IMG/VR virus record: IMGVR_UViG_3300037067_008462 | Reading direction: 5' to 3' (one strand) | Source of the DNA: an uncultured virus (IMG/VR IMGVR_UViG_3300037067_008462) | Lineage: Duplodnaviria > Heunggongvirae > Uroviricota > Caudoviricetes | DNA length: 64,000 nt | In this document: positions 21,982 to 32,529 of the stretch, in pieces | Numbering within the stretch: position 1 is the first letter of the stretch | Layout: the number at the start of each line of letters is the position of its first letter | Position numbers and translations under genes: made by a program | The notes under the pieces: model-generated | Database searches by the model: none | Told to the model about the DNA's origin: nothing | Seen by the model: the letters and a program-made list of their open reading frames with translations, nothing else

Positions 21982-22170
21982 ATGACAACATTGAATGTAC
22001 TAAATAGACTTGCAGCCTTTAAAATAGAGGCTAAAGTTATAAATAATTATGCCTCAAACGGGCCACCGGGTGCATACATTGTCATTTCGGACACTAGTTG
22101 GTTTCATTATGACAGTTTTGCTGATCAAATGGAAGAAGATTTAGACGCACATCTACTTAGATTCGATTGA
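21982..22170 (+). CDS. TxLNxxNL-family small protein
   Basis: MTTLNVLNRLAAF... Confidence 0.7.
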   Translation: MTTLNVLNRLAAFKIEAKVINNYASNGPPGAYIVISDTSWFHYDSFADQMEEDLDAHLLRFD

Positions 22171-22199
22171 TTTATTTAGAAGCATGTGCTATCATTGAA

Positions 22200-22362
22200 A
22201 TGCTTGCAAGATCGGAGTAGAGATTTCAGGTTCGAGACCTGTTAGCCTGGGAAGGTTTAGTTTAACTGGCCTCGCTCTGGTGTACAACATCGAGTAACAA
22301 AACGCTACTCTATGAGGGCAGGAGGGATTGGTAACTAGAGCCATTTCCCTCTTGCTTTTTTT
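22200..22362 (+). ncRNA. Candidate ncRNA with tRNA-like T-loop, followed by a terminator
   Basis: Promoter upstream; GAGTAG/CTACTC closing stem, CAGG-TTCGAGA-CCTG T-arm, GCAGGAGGG..CCCTCTTGC followed by a T-run. Confidence 0.5.
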
Positions 22363-22386
22363 ATAAGAACGTGCTACAATTGAATT

Positions 22387-22809
22387 ATGCTAGATAAATT
22401 AAAGAAAGGGTTACTCCTTTTGGAGCAATATAAGAGGGTTTATCCTGAATGTCATTGGATCGAAGATCATTCTTTGGTCCCCGGTGAAGCCTTTTATGAG
22501 CGTTGTAATGACGAAATAAACATTCATACGCCCCCTGTAACGAGCCTTGATGCTCTTATAGGTGCCTTTCATGAAATAGGACATCACATTGATTTTATTT
22601 TAACTTACGGAAGCAGGTTCACTAATTGTCCCAAAGAGGTTTGGATACAATTTGCTCAAACATATATTAGACAATATAATAACAGAGAAGCAAGGGTGAC
22701 AAGAGAAATTATTGCATGGGATTTTGCAATCAAAGCTCTTGGCAATCTTTGGGACGATCAATGCGAGGCTACAATGTGGAAGTGCTTGAAAACATATGAT
22801 CATGATTAG
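22387..22809 (+). CDS. Putative HExxH zinc metallopeptidase
   Basis: FHEIGH plus downstream E..AW motif; leaderless-type start. Confidence 0.75.
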   Translation: MLDKLKKGLLLLEQYKRVYPECHWIEDHSLVPGEAFYERCNDEINIHTPPVTSLDALIGAFHEIGHHIDFILTYGSRFTNCPKEVWIQFAQTYIRQYNNREARVTREIIAWDFAIKALGNLWDDQCEATMWKCLKTYDHD

Positions 22810-22848
22810 CTTGACTTCTTTAGAAGAACATGCTACAATCTTCTTATC

Positions 22849-23403
22849 ATGAAAGTTCACAATACAACCGAATGGCCCACAGAAGTGCTGATCCCCATCC
22901 TGGAAGCAGCGGCTACCATTGCTGGCTGTGATCTAGATAAGATTTGGTTTGTATGTAAGCGGGGACGTAAGCGTTATCAAAATGAAAATATAAGCGGATA
23001 TGTTCAATCAAATATAATTGATTGTCACCGTCAAATTAATTTTACAGCGCATTTGATCTTACCTTCTTTGAAAGGATTATATTATAATTATTGTCATACC
23101 GATAAAGATCGTGTTAGTTATATTGGTGCAAGATTTGCTATTAATGTATTTCGTGCTGCTACTCATGAGGCTAAACATGTAAGTGATAATCAGAAAATCT
23201 CATTAGGAGAAAAGATAGAGTTTGCGGAAAAAATGGAATATCGCCGCACTAGTTGGAAACTTAGGCCAGAAGAACAGAGAGCGATTGCAGTTGAAACAGA
23301 AGCGATGGAAGTTCATTATCCTATTCATAAAGATAAAATCAAAGCTTTGGCTACCATTTGTGCAACAAATTTATGGAAAGTTATTCAGCGATTGAAGGGT
23401 TAA
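22849..23403 (+). CDS. Putative HExxH zinc metallopeptidase
   Basis: THEAKH plus downstream PEE.RA motif. Confidence 0.65.
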   Translation: MKVHNTTEWPTEVLIPILEAAATIAGCDLDKIWFVCKRGRKRYQNENISGYVQSNIIDCHRQINFTAHLILPSLKGLYYNYCHTDKDRVSYIGARFAINVFRAATHEAKHVSDNQKISLGEKIEFAEKMEYRRTSWKLRPEEQRAIAVETEAMEVHYPIHKDKIKALATICATNLWKVIQRLKG

Positions 23404-23467
23404 GGCTATTGCATTTTTCAAATGAATATGCTATAATATTAATCATCAAAACAAAGGAGTCTGAAGA

Positions 23468-23722
23468 GTGATGGAAAGTTATCTGATTGGAAATAAGGTT
23501 ATCGCTTATGTTGGCGGTGGTTGTCTTGGCGGAATCTACCCCTATAGTCCTGAGACTTTGGATAAGATTCTTAAAGATAGAGATGATTGGATGTGGGATG
23601 ATGATATCATTCCTAATGCCGAGGCTTTTAAGGCATTGGCAGAAGAGGGAGAGGCTCATATCGAGGCTGGCGGTGGGGATGATGATCTGTATGTATGGGA
23701 GATCGAATCCTACGAGGATTAA
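23468..23722 (+). CDS. Acidic hypothetical protein
   Basis: Own promoter and AAGGAG RBS. Confidence 0.7.
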   Translation: MMESYLIGNKVIAYVGGGCLGGIYPYSPETLDKILKDRDDWMWDDDIIPNAEAFKALAEEGEAHIEAGGGDDDLYVWEIESYED

Positions 23723-23786
23723 ACCCTCTATCTTAAATTCAGGTTAAACTCTTGCTCTTTTTAAACGAACCTGTTATACTAAATAA

Positions 23787-24037
23787 TGTTGAAAGCGCAC
23801 TTTCAAAACGTCAGAGGACGCTCTGATAAGAGGTAGAGCGGAGTAGGGATTACAACCATCGGTTAACCGTCCCCGCGTTGAACCTCTACCTTGATGGTAT
23901 ATAGATTGAAATAGCCGAAAGAGGCCAGTAACGAGCCATCCGTTACTGTAGGAAATATATTTTGTTAGAAATGACTGGATTCGTCCAGATTGGCTCCCCT
24001 GTTGGTAAGCGCAACTTTCAGGGGAGCCTCCATTTTT
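23787..24037 (+). ncRNA. Candidate ~250-nt structured ncRNA with terminator
   Basis: TTGCTC-17-TATACT promoter; TTGAAAG/CTTTCAA, TCAGAG/CTCTGA, AGGTAGAG/CTCTACCT, CAGTAACG/CGTTACTG, CTGGA/TCCAG stems; GGCTCCCCT/AGGGGAGCC followed by Ts. Confidence 0.6.
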
Positions 24038-24122
24038 CTCAAATTTAATCTTCGCACTCTATCTTTTTTCAAAAGAACCTGCTATACTTAATTCATCCTA
24101 AAACTCTAAAGGAGAAACAAAT

Positions 24123-24494
24123 ATGACTAGCATTACAACCCTTCTCGCTAAAGTATATACTATTCTTAGCAAGAGACCACAACCCGTCAAAGAGAAGCAT
24201 GATATTCTGTTCTTCGAAAGCGTGGAAGCTCGGTTCGACTTCCTGGCCCTTAAAGCCCTAGAGGTTATGATGGAATGGGAGTGGGGAGAGAAGAGGGGGC
24301 ACCCGCAGCGCGAGAAGCGCATTTATCAGCGAGTACTCTCACACGTTAAAGCTGTTAATGGGGAGACCTTCACTGTTCGTGGGTACGAGTGCCATTATCA
24401 AACCTATTATCGTGCTGCCTCTAACACCTTCGAATGGCTGGCTAATGTGGCAGGATACACAAACAAGTCTCTCGTAATTCGCAATCTCGATTAG
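24123..24494 (+). CDS. Hypothetical protein
   Basis: Promoter, AAGGAGA RBS, followed by a terminator-like hairpin. Confidence 0.75.
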   Translation: MTSITTLLAKVYTILSKRPQPVKEKHDILFFESVEARFDFLALKALEVMMEWEWGEKRGHPQREKRIYQRVLSHVKAVNGETFTVRGYECHYQTYYRAASNTFEWLANVAGYTNKSLVIRNLD

Positions 24495-24571
24495 AGGTTT
24501 TAGGCTCAACCCCCGGAGAAATTCGGGGGTTGAACATTTTAGATGTCTATGGTATAATATTAGGTAGATAC

Positions 24572-25266
24572 ATGAGAGATTATACAAAGCTGAATGTGGA
24601 GAATATTTTAAGTTTAATTAAATTGAAAAAGGGAAGATTCAAGGTAAGTGAAGTTATAATTAAACCACTTAATTATATAGTAGTTGAAGTAATTCCTCAA
24701 GGAAAGAGGATTGTGACGTTTCGAGATAGTGACGGGGAATATTGGGGTTTGAAAATATTATATGGTTACATATTAGATAAATTAGATTATGAGAAGATTG
24801 AGTATGAAGTATAATACGGTACTCAATATAGAGAATATAGTAAGTGTTTTTAAACCAGAAAAAGGAAAATTTAAAATAAAACAGGATGGTATGTTTATAT
24901 CTGTCTATTTAGTACTTCCTTCTAAATGGGAGCATTGGATCATGACAATTAGAGATGAAGATAAATATTGGGATCAAACTACTCTTTTTTATCATATATC
25001 TTTTAAATTATATGAAGTATAATACACTACTAAATCTCCAAAATATCGCAAGCTTATTTGAGTTAAAAAAATTCAAATTTGAAATACGAATTAGTCCTGA
25101 TATCAATGTTAGTCCTGATATCAATGAAGCTTTTCATTTCTTAACTGTACATGTTAGTAATCGTTGGATTATGACAATCACAGATAAAGATGAGATGTGG
25201 ACACATCATGTAATTTTTGACCACTTAACTAAAAGGTTAGATGAACTTGGATATGAATATAACTAA
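24572..25266 (+). CDS. Three tandem TxLNxxNL-family proteins (24572-24814, 24804-25022, 25012-25266)
   Basis: YTKLNVENIL, NTVLNIENIV, NTLLNLQNIA; shared T[FI]xDxD..W motif. Confidence 0.75.
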
Positions 25267-25687
25267 AAAAGAATTAACAAAAAAAATAGAGTCTGGAATG
25301 AATTTGAGTCAGATTTCTAGGATGTATAAAATATCCTATGATATAATCTACAGACTATGCATTAAATATAAGATAGAAACTATAGCTCAAAAGAACAAAA
25401 AACTCTATTTTATAGGTAAAAAGATATGCAATATATGTAAGAAGACCAAGTTACTTAAAGAATTCTCGGTGAACGAAAGAAAAGAAAACGGAACACCACG
25501 ATATCATTCTATCTGTAAGACATGCAAGGCTAAGATTAATAATTTTCAATACACATATAATAAAAAATATATAGAGAAACAGAAAAAATGGAGAGAAGAT
25601 AACAAAAAACTTTGTGCGGGTTATATGAAAAAATCTTATCAGAAGTATAGACTAAAGAAGGAATTAGAGAAAAGATCAAATACATGA
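25241..25687 (+). CDS. HTH + Zn-finger protein (homing-endonuclease-associated type, no nuclease motif seen)
   Basis: MNLSQISRMYKIS HTH-like segment; KICNIC...SICKTC. Confidence 0.6.
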   Translation: MNLDMNITKKELTKKIESGMNLSQISRMYKISYDIIYRLCIKYKIETIAQKNKKLYFIGKKICNICKKTKLLKEFSVNERKENGTPRYHSICKTCKAKINNFQYTYNKKYIEKQKKWREDNKKLCAGYMKKSYQKYRLKKELEKRSNT

Positions 25688-26132
25688 GGAAACAGAATGT
25701 TCAAAATTTGATTGATTTCATTCCATTAGAATCAGGAAAAATAGTCCTCGAAGACAGAGAAGATATAAATTATTTTGATATTAGTTATTTCTCTTCTAAC
25801 GGACGGAAAACACGTGTTGGTACACTGAGAGACGGTGATCAATGGTGGGAAAGAAAATCAGTGGTTAATCTTATTTTGGGTGAATTAGAGAAGTATGGAA
25901 TAGAATAATGACAAGACAGAATATGCAAAACATCGTTGATTTTCTCAAATTAGAAGCAGGTGAACTATATCTTGAAGATGCAAGTGCAGGATATTTTAAT
26001 GTTAAATATACATCAAAAGGAAGACTATATTTTATAAGTACAATATCTAATATAAATGATTTTTGGACAAGAGAAATTATGCTTCGTTTACTTTGGTACA
26101 CAGAGGCAGGAAAACAAATATATTTATGGTAA
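25684..26132 (+). CDS. Two TxLNxxNL-family proteins (25684-25908, 25908-26132)
   Basis: MRKQNVQNLIDF, MTRQNMQNIVDF; clear mutual similarity. Confidence 0.75.
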
Positions 26133-26444
26133 TGAAAGAGATCATAATAGCATTATATAAAGAAATTGCTAGAGATAGAGTCTTGAAGGTTCGGGCCGAC
26201 AAGAAGAAGAAAGCACGGCTGGACTTCCTGATTGGTTTGAATAGCGAAATCTTGAATACTCTTAGAGAGGGAGTCAAAACAAAAAGTTAAATGGTTCCTC
26301 TAAATTATATCAATTTATGGATGATCATACAAAGATGGAGGATGTAGCATATTGTTATCAAGTTAGATATTTTGTATGTATTTCTTTACGATCACGTCAT
26401 CGTGTAGCTTTACTGTATAAGAGAATAAAAAAGACTCTATCTAA

Positions 26445-26810
26445 ATGAAAGTAAGATATCTCACTCCTCTTAATATAAAGAATAGATTAGAAGCATTAAT
26501 GAATATAAGTTTAACAATTATGTGGATTCCTGAGAGTGAAATCTACAGAATCACATCTAAACATTCTATAAATATAAGAGAGGAACAGTGGAGATTTAAT
26601 TACGATGAGACAGTAGAAAATATTCTTGAGTTCTTTACATTAATGAGGCGTTGGTAGATGACTGTAATTAATTATCTAAATCTATATTGTGCAGCAGGAG
26701 GAAAAGAAGAAGATATAATCTTCGTAGAAACACATATAAAGGCCGAAGAGATATGGGGAGCAGGAGCATATCCTGTAAAAATTGGATTGGTTATACTGTT
26801 GATAACATGA
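26445..26810 (+). CDS. Two TxLNxxNL-family proteins (26445-26657, 26658-26810)
   Basis: LTPLNIKNRL, MTVINYLNLY. Confidence 0.6.
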
Positions 26811-26999
26811 ACGATATGTATGTTAGAGGATATAATCAATTAAGAAATGACAGATAGATTATAAAATTAATGATAATTTTTGTCTTGATTTTATATCATA
26901 TCGTGTTGACGGTTCTAATATTTGGAGTAAAGAGTACAAAGAATTAAAAGAGCGAGAATATAAAATTAGATTTAAAGAGTAATTGAACTTGATCTATAA

Positions 27000-27600
27000 T
27001 AGATACCGGGGGTGATATATATGGGGATTATAATTAATTAGGGGCCAAATAACAAAGGCTCTATCTAGATGACAGAGAAACTCTAATAATATATATATAC
27101 AAATACAATAACAGAAGACAAGACAAGAACAAGAAGACAAGAAGAAGATATATATATGCCTCCGGTCACAGCATTTTGTGTTGCGATGCCTTTTCTGCTT
27201 TGTTTTTGTTAACGGGTTGTTAACAAATGCTTGGTTCTGTTAACAAAATGTATCGTTTTTCTTCCATTATGTAAAGCAGACTTGACATTCTGTGTTGCAG
27301 GAGGGATTGAAAGTAGTTGACTATGAAGATTTGGATGGTTAGATGATAGCCCTACTTCAATTCATTATATTTACATCATCCTATATATATCCCTTAATCC
27401 ATTTTCATAACTAAAGAAATGAAATAGAACGCAATAGAGACCCCTTTCCTTATATCCTATATATATCCTAAATATCATATAAAGATAGAGTGGTGGAATA
27501 TGAAATCTCGGTTAAACCCCTTGTTTTTTTCACCCAAGTATGATATGAACGAAATGACGGTAGTTATACATTGATGAAATCTTCGATAATACAGTAGAAT
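27000..27600. other. Gene-free low-complexity region (candidate origin or genome end)
   Basis: (AT)n runs, AGAAGAC/ACAAG tandem repeats, three TGTTAAC copies, G-runs. Confidence 0.4.
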
Positions 27601-27673
27601 TGTAACCGGCGCGGTGGGCTTGCGTTTTTCAAAAGAACATGCTATAATGATGGTATCCTATAGGAGGATTGTC

Positions 27674-27856
27674 ATGAAAGAACTATATGTCCTAGAAACT
27701 CATACCGATGGTCAGGATGGGTCTAAATTGAGAGGAGTTTTCTCTACTCCAAGGAAAGCTCAGGCTTATGTAGATAAGCTTTGCGGTTCAGATCATCCAG
27801 ATTATCCTGATGAAGTTAGTATCCATCTTGTAAAGATGGATGAGGGAATCGAGTAA
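27674..27856 (+). CDS. Small hypothetical protein
   Basis: AGGAGG RBS; GVFSTPRKA motif. Confidence 0.75.
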   Translation: MKELYVLETHTDGQDGSKLRGVFSTPRKAQAYVDKLCGSDHPDYPDEVSIHLVKMDEGIE

Positions 27857-27897
27857 AACCGCTTGACTTTTTCAACCGAACGCGGTATAATTAAATC

Positions 27898-28063
27898 GTG
27901 ATAGGCCGGTTGGCTAGGGTCTAGTCCGGGGCTGGGAACACCCCCCACAATACGGCGTCGATTGAACCCTAATCTAATGATTAGTCACTTGGCTCTCCCG
28001 CTCCTGGGTGCTTACTCAAGAGTTAAATCACATAGCGCGGTGATTGGGAGAGCTATTTTTTTT
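27898..28063 (+). ncRNA. Candidate ncRNA with terminator
   Basis: TTGACT-17-TATAAT promoter; CCGG..CTAG/CTAG..CCGG stem; GGCTCTCCC/GGGAGAGCT followed by T8. Confidence 0.55.
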
Positions 28064-28131
28064 AGAAGTGTTGCATTTTTCAAATGAAGATGCTATACTT
28101 GAAACATCCTAAATCCAAAGGAGATAGAGCG

Positions 28132-28320
28132 ATGTTCGAGAACTGCGATATCAAGTACGATAGCAAGAAAGAAGAGATCACGATTGTGATTTCCACGAAG
28201 GTTCCGGGCCGTCCGAGTGCCACCGGTAAGACGCTGGTGCTGGCCTCGACCTTGGGCAACCAGCCCATTCCAGGGCGTCCTGAGATCGTTCTGGGCCTGA
28301 ACTGCTACACCAAGCGGTAG
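28132..28320 (+). CDS. Conserved small protein
   Basis: SATGKTLVLASTLGN...LGLNCY; promoter, RBS and terminator; high GC3. Confidence 0.8.
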   Translation: MFENCDIKYDSKKEEITIVISTKVPGRPSATGKTLVLASTLGNQPIPGRPEIVLGLNCYTKR

Positions 28321-28620
28321 CATCAACGAGGAAGCATAGGGGGCAGGGCCGAAATCCTGCCCTCTATCTCTTAAACAGCTAATTAGTTACGATATGTTAT
28401 GTGAAATTCATAGTCAGCGTGATTACTATAACAAAGGCATAAGTAATAATGCCGGGGAGAATCCCATGCGCTAGAATCATTGTATTGATATATATATAAA
28501 GATCGAATCTCCGGGTGAAAGTCCCGGAGTTCTTGTTTTTTTTAGATGGTTATGATAGGTGAGAGATGGGCTAGAGATAGAGGCTTGCTTTCTTCAAAAG
28601 AAGGTGCTATAATGAGAAGC

Positions 28621-29588
28621 ATGAGAAAGTTCTGGATCATCAAATCGAATGAGAGAGACGGTAACGTTCCCCCTGAATATAAGATCGTGGAGAACGGGAA
28701 GAAGCCTAAGCATTTGCCGTTTTCTGATCCTTATTGCGGCCCGTTTGATACCAAGCAGCAGGCGCAGAGATCATTAGCTCTACTTCTTGATATGGTCTGG
28801 ACTTCCGCCGATGGTACGAGGTTCGATCCGTAAAGGAGATTAAGATGCACTATCACGTCTATCTGAAAGAAAGCAGCAGGCTAATTCACTACTCCGGTGA
28901 GGCACCGGAATCTATGCGGGAAGCCGTGATTGCGGCCCTGGCGATGATGAACCATAACATTAGTCAGCCGGTAGCATGGTATGTCCTGGCGCTGCCCTAC
29001 GATCATTACAAGCTTGGTCGCAAAGTGCCCTCCTATTCCGATATCGCACGGTATGGGGTATCTGAGTATTCAGACCTGAACTCATTCAACCTCTATCTTG
29101 ATCATCCAAGACCTTAAATTAAATTTATATCAAACTCTTGATTTCTTCAAAAGAACACGGTATAATAGTATTGATAGTAAAAGGAGGCCACAATGGGTAC
29201 CTTTATCCTTCAGCATAACAAAGGACGTAACACCGATGAACCGGTGGCTTACATCGAGCTTACGCCAAAGGGCTATCATCTTATGCCGATGTCGAGCCTT
29301 CGTGGGCCTGATTACAATTCTTCTAGCTTCTTTCCGACAATGGAAGAAGCTATTCAAGCGATTTCCGGCCCTCCTGAGCTTCCGGTGTATTACTGGAAAT
29401 GTGGCAGGACAGAGCAGGCTAAATGTCTCCTACTTACTCAGGAATCAGAGATAGAGCCTCTGCATTGTGTCCGCATCGGTGAGGACGAGGACGAGGTTTT
29501 TTTTGCTGCCAAGGAGGACTTGAGCAAGACTCCCTGGGAAGGTCTGAATATCTTGAATGAGGACTATTTGGGAAAAGGAACGCAATAG
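28621..29588 (+). CDS. Three hypothetical early proteins (28621-28833, 28845-29117, 29193-29588)
   Basis: GC-richer ORFs with promoters or RBSs. Confidence 0.7.
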
Positions 29589-29764
29589 AGAGCAATCGAG
29601 GTAGAGGTAGGGGTTTCATGATCCTGTTTCACGCAAGGTTAAATCTTGATTAAACTCTTGATTTTATCAGTCAGGTATGATACGGACGACACCCGGCACC
29701 CATCCTCCACTCTATCTCTCGTCCAGTGCTTGATTTTATTAAACAACTTTGCTATACTATTATC

Positions 29765-29863
29765 ATGTTCGCAAACGAACCCTCGACAGGTTGGCTCTGG
29801 TGGCTATTTATAGCCGCCTTCATTCTTGGCCTCTATTTTCTGTCAAGATTAAAGGAGAGATAA
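29765..29863 (+). CDS. Leaderless 32-aa single-TM peptide
   Basis: MFANEPSTGWLWWLFIAAFILGLYFLSRLKER; ATG about 6 nt after TATACT. Confidence 0.6.
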   Translation: MFANEPSTGWLWWLFIAAFILGLYFLSRLKER

Positions 29864-29864
29864 C

Positions 29865-30949
29865 ATGTACAAGATCATCCGTTTCTACTTCGATGACAAT
29901 CGTAAGAATCGGGTTATCGAGCGTGGATTGACGCTTGAGCAGGCTCAGGCTCACTGTAACGATAAGGAGACAAGCTCATCCACTTGTACCAAGCCGGACG
30001 CCTTGGCGCGGACTAAGGCATACGGCCCCTGGTTTGACGGCTACGAGAAAGAGTAACGCTTGCTTTTGTTAAACAAGTTTGCTATAATTAAATCATCCTA
30101 CAAACGAGGTATGAAATGGGTTTGGAGTTCAGGATTAACGAGGGAAGTGCCTCTCGAATTCAGAGGACATATTGCGCTGTCTGTGCTACCACTAGGAAGC
30201 ACGGAGACATTGAGAAGCTGACATTCTCTGACCTTTCGCGTGACGGTGCGGTGATGGTCGGCAAGATCAAATCCGTAACCATCGAGGGTCGGGACGATTT
30301 CAGCCATGAATTTGTCGGGCAATCTGTTCTCTTTAAGATCGAGGACAGGCGGAACGGGCGACACTAGGTAACAAGCTTGTGAATGATTGCCCAGGTGAAA
30401 CTCCTGGGCTGGACTTTTTTAAAAGAATATGATATGATCAAGGCTCTATCTGAATTGCTTGACATTTTCATAAACATCTACTATAATTGATCTATCCTGA
30501 GAGATGAGGAGTGAAACAATGAATCCGTGGTGGATACCGATAGTTGTTGTTGGGTTAGCAATGCTATATTTTCTTTTAATGGGAATGTTACGGAGCAAGA
30601 AATAACCCAACCTCTATCTTTTTTCAAAGTAGTATGCTATAATAAGATCATCTTAAAAGAGAGGTTTGAAATGGGTTGCTATGTTACTCCTCAAAGCGAC
30701 AAATTAATCTGGTTAAACACGCATGGCCTGAATCTGCCTGGACCATTGCCTTTAAGAGAACTTCCTTCCGATTGTTCTCTGGTTTGTTTGGTAGATAACG
30801 GGCCGTTTACAGCAGCGGCAATCTGTCTGAATGAGAGGGACTACGCGGAGTTCACCGATGCGCGGGACAATCGCCCTAAGCGGTGGTATATCTGCGAGAA
30901 TTCCGATCTGGCTAAGGTCTCGAATCTCATGGAATATCTTAAGTTCTAG
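29865..30949 (+). CDS. Three hypothetical early proteins (29865-30056, 30116-30367, 30671-30949)
   Basis: GC-richer ORFs with RBSs and promoters. Confidence 0.7.
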
Positions 30950-31253
30950 CCTAGAAAGAATGTTTCAAGCCCCCGGTGAAAGCCGGGGTTGCATTTATTA
31001 TATGATTATGATAGGAACAATGTGGCGGGACAACCACTGACACTCTATCTTAAAACCCTTGACGTTTTCAAATTTATGTGGTATCATATAAAGCGTTGGA
31101 AGCCCAACATTGATAATTAAAGGTGAAGAGTTATGGGGGTGGGGATGGTACCAAGATAAAACCTAGAAGATTTGTATAGAACCTTGAAAATTGAACCAAT
31201 GTGAAGATTTTTCCATTCTTTTTGGGTAAAAATTTTTTGAAACTCAAATTGAA

Positions 31254-32306
31254 ATGGTGAAGTCAACTATGATAGAAACAAAGAAATGCAATAAATGTAA
31301 TCGTATTCTTCCTATAACTGAGTTTTATAAACAGATTAGAAAAGATAGAGCTAAAGTTGAATATAGACCCAGATGTAAAGAATGTGAAAAGGAACCAAAT
31401 AGACAATACCAGAGAAAAAGATTTGGGTGGCAAAAGAATCAACCAAGATGGACTTCAGAAGAAGATAACATTCTAAGGGAATTTTATTATATCATTCCTA
31501 ATGAAGATTTATTAATTAAGCTCCCTAATAGAAATTGGGATTCTATCTTATCTAGAGTTTCAATGTTAAATATTAATATAGTGAATCAGTTAATGAACAC
31601 ATCTCTTTTTGATAAAAAGAGGTTAGAAGTTTGTTATGAAAATTATTCCAAAAAAACAATTAATGCAAGATTATCTAATATAGAATTTTCATCATCTGAA
31701 GAATATATAGAAAAAGTCAAAAAATTAATTTTTGAGTTATCTGAACCTTTTGTTAATCCTGTTGTTTGTGTTATATGTTTAAAGGAAAAGGTACCACCAA
31801 ATATTACTGTTGGATTAAACGTATGTAAACAGTGTACAAATGATAGATTGTGGAGTAGTGAAGAAATTGAAATTTTGAAAAATAATAATGAAATAGCCCC
31901 TTTAGATCTATTAACGTTAATTCCTAGTAGAACATGGCCTCAAATTCGAAGTAAGGCGGGAGAACTAGGATTAGAGATCGGTTATTTAAAAAGTAACACA
32001 CCTGTTTACAATAAGAAAAAAAGACAAAATTATTATATCAAAGAATATATATTAGATTATTTATCTAATCATCCTTGTACTGATTGCGGAAGTGCCGACA
32101 TTAGAGTATTAGAATTCGATCATCTTCCTCAATTTAAAAAAAGTTTTAATATTGGTGAAAAAGTTACCAATGGAGATTTTAACGAAGATTTTGAGCTAGA
32201 ATTAAAAAAATGCGAAGTCGTATGTTCTAACTGTCATAAAATTAGACATGCTAAAAGATCAAATAATTATCGTCAACGATTCTATGAAAAAAAACAACAA
32301 GCTTGA
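31254..32306 (+). CDS. HNH endonuclease with Zn finger and Myb/SANT-like repeats
   Basis: WTSEED/WSSEEI repeats; PCTDCG..VLEFDH..KCEVVCSNCHKIRH. Confidence 0.85.
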   Translation: MVKSTMIETKKCNKCNRILPITEFYKQIRKDRAKVEYRPRCKECEKEPNRQYQRKRFGWQKNQPRWTSEEDNILREFYYIIPNEDLLIKLPNRNWDSILSRVSMLNINIVNQLMNTSLFDKKRLEVCYENYSKKTINARLSNIEFSSSEEYIEKVKKLIFELSEPFVNPVVCVICLKEKVPPNITVGLNVCKQCTNDRLWSSEEIEILKNNNEIAPLDLLTLIPSRTWPQIRSKAGELGLEIGYLKSNTPVYNKKKRQNYYIKEYILDYLSNHPCTDCGSADIRVLEFDHLPQFKKSFNIGEKVTNGDFNEDFELELKKCEVVCSNCHKIRHAKRSNNYRQRFYEKKQQA

Positions 32307-32331
32307 CTTTTTTAAAAACGTGTGCTATGAT

Positions 32332-32490
32332 TGATGGTAGATAGAGTTAGTGGCTCTGTCATGTATTTTGAATCCAAATTTGAAAGAGTCTTATCAACAT
32401 GACAATTAACACATCTGATGGGCATAACGACCATTCAGCGAATCAGGTACGCCAACATCTATAAGAAGTTGGTAGTAGAACTACCCATCA
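32332..32490 (+). ncRNA. Candidate ~160-nt ncRNA/leader
   Basis: Promoter at 32303-32331; 5' TGATGG(T)AG pairs with 3' CTAC-CCATCA; internal TGTCATG/CATGACA, CTGATGG/CCATTCAG, CCAAC/GTTGG. Confidence 0.5.
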
Positions 32491-32529
32491 TTGAGAAACG
32501 TTTAGTTAAATTTCTAGGAGGAAGATAGA

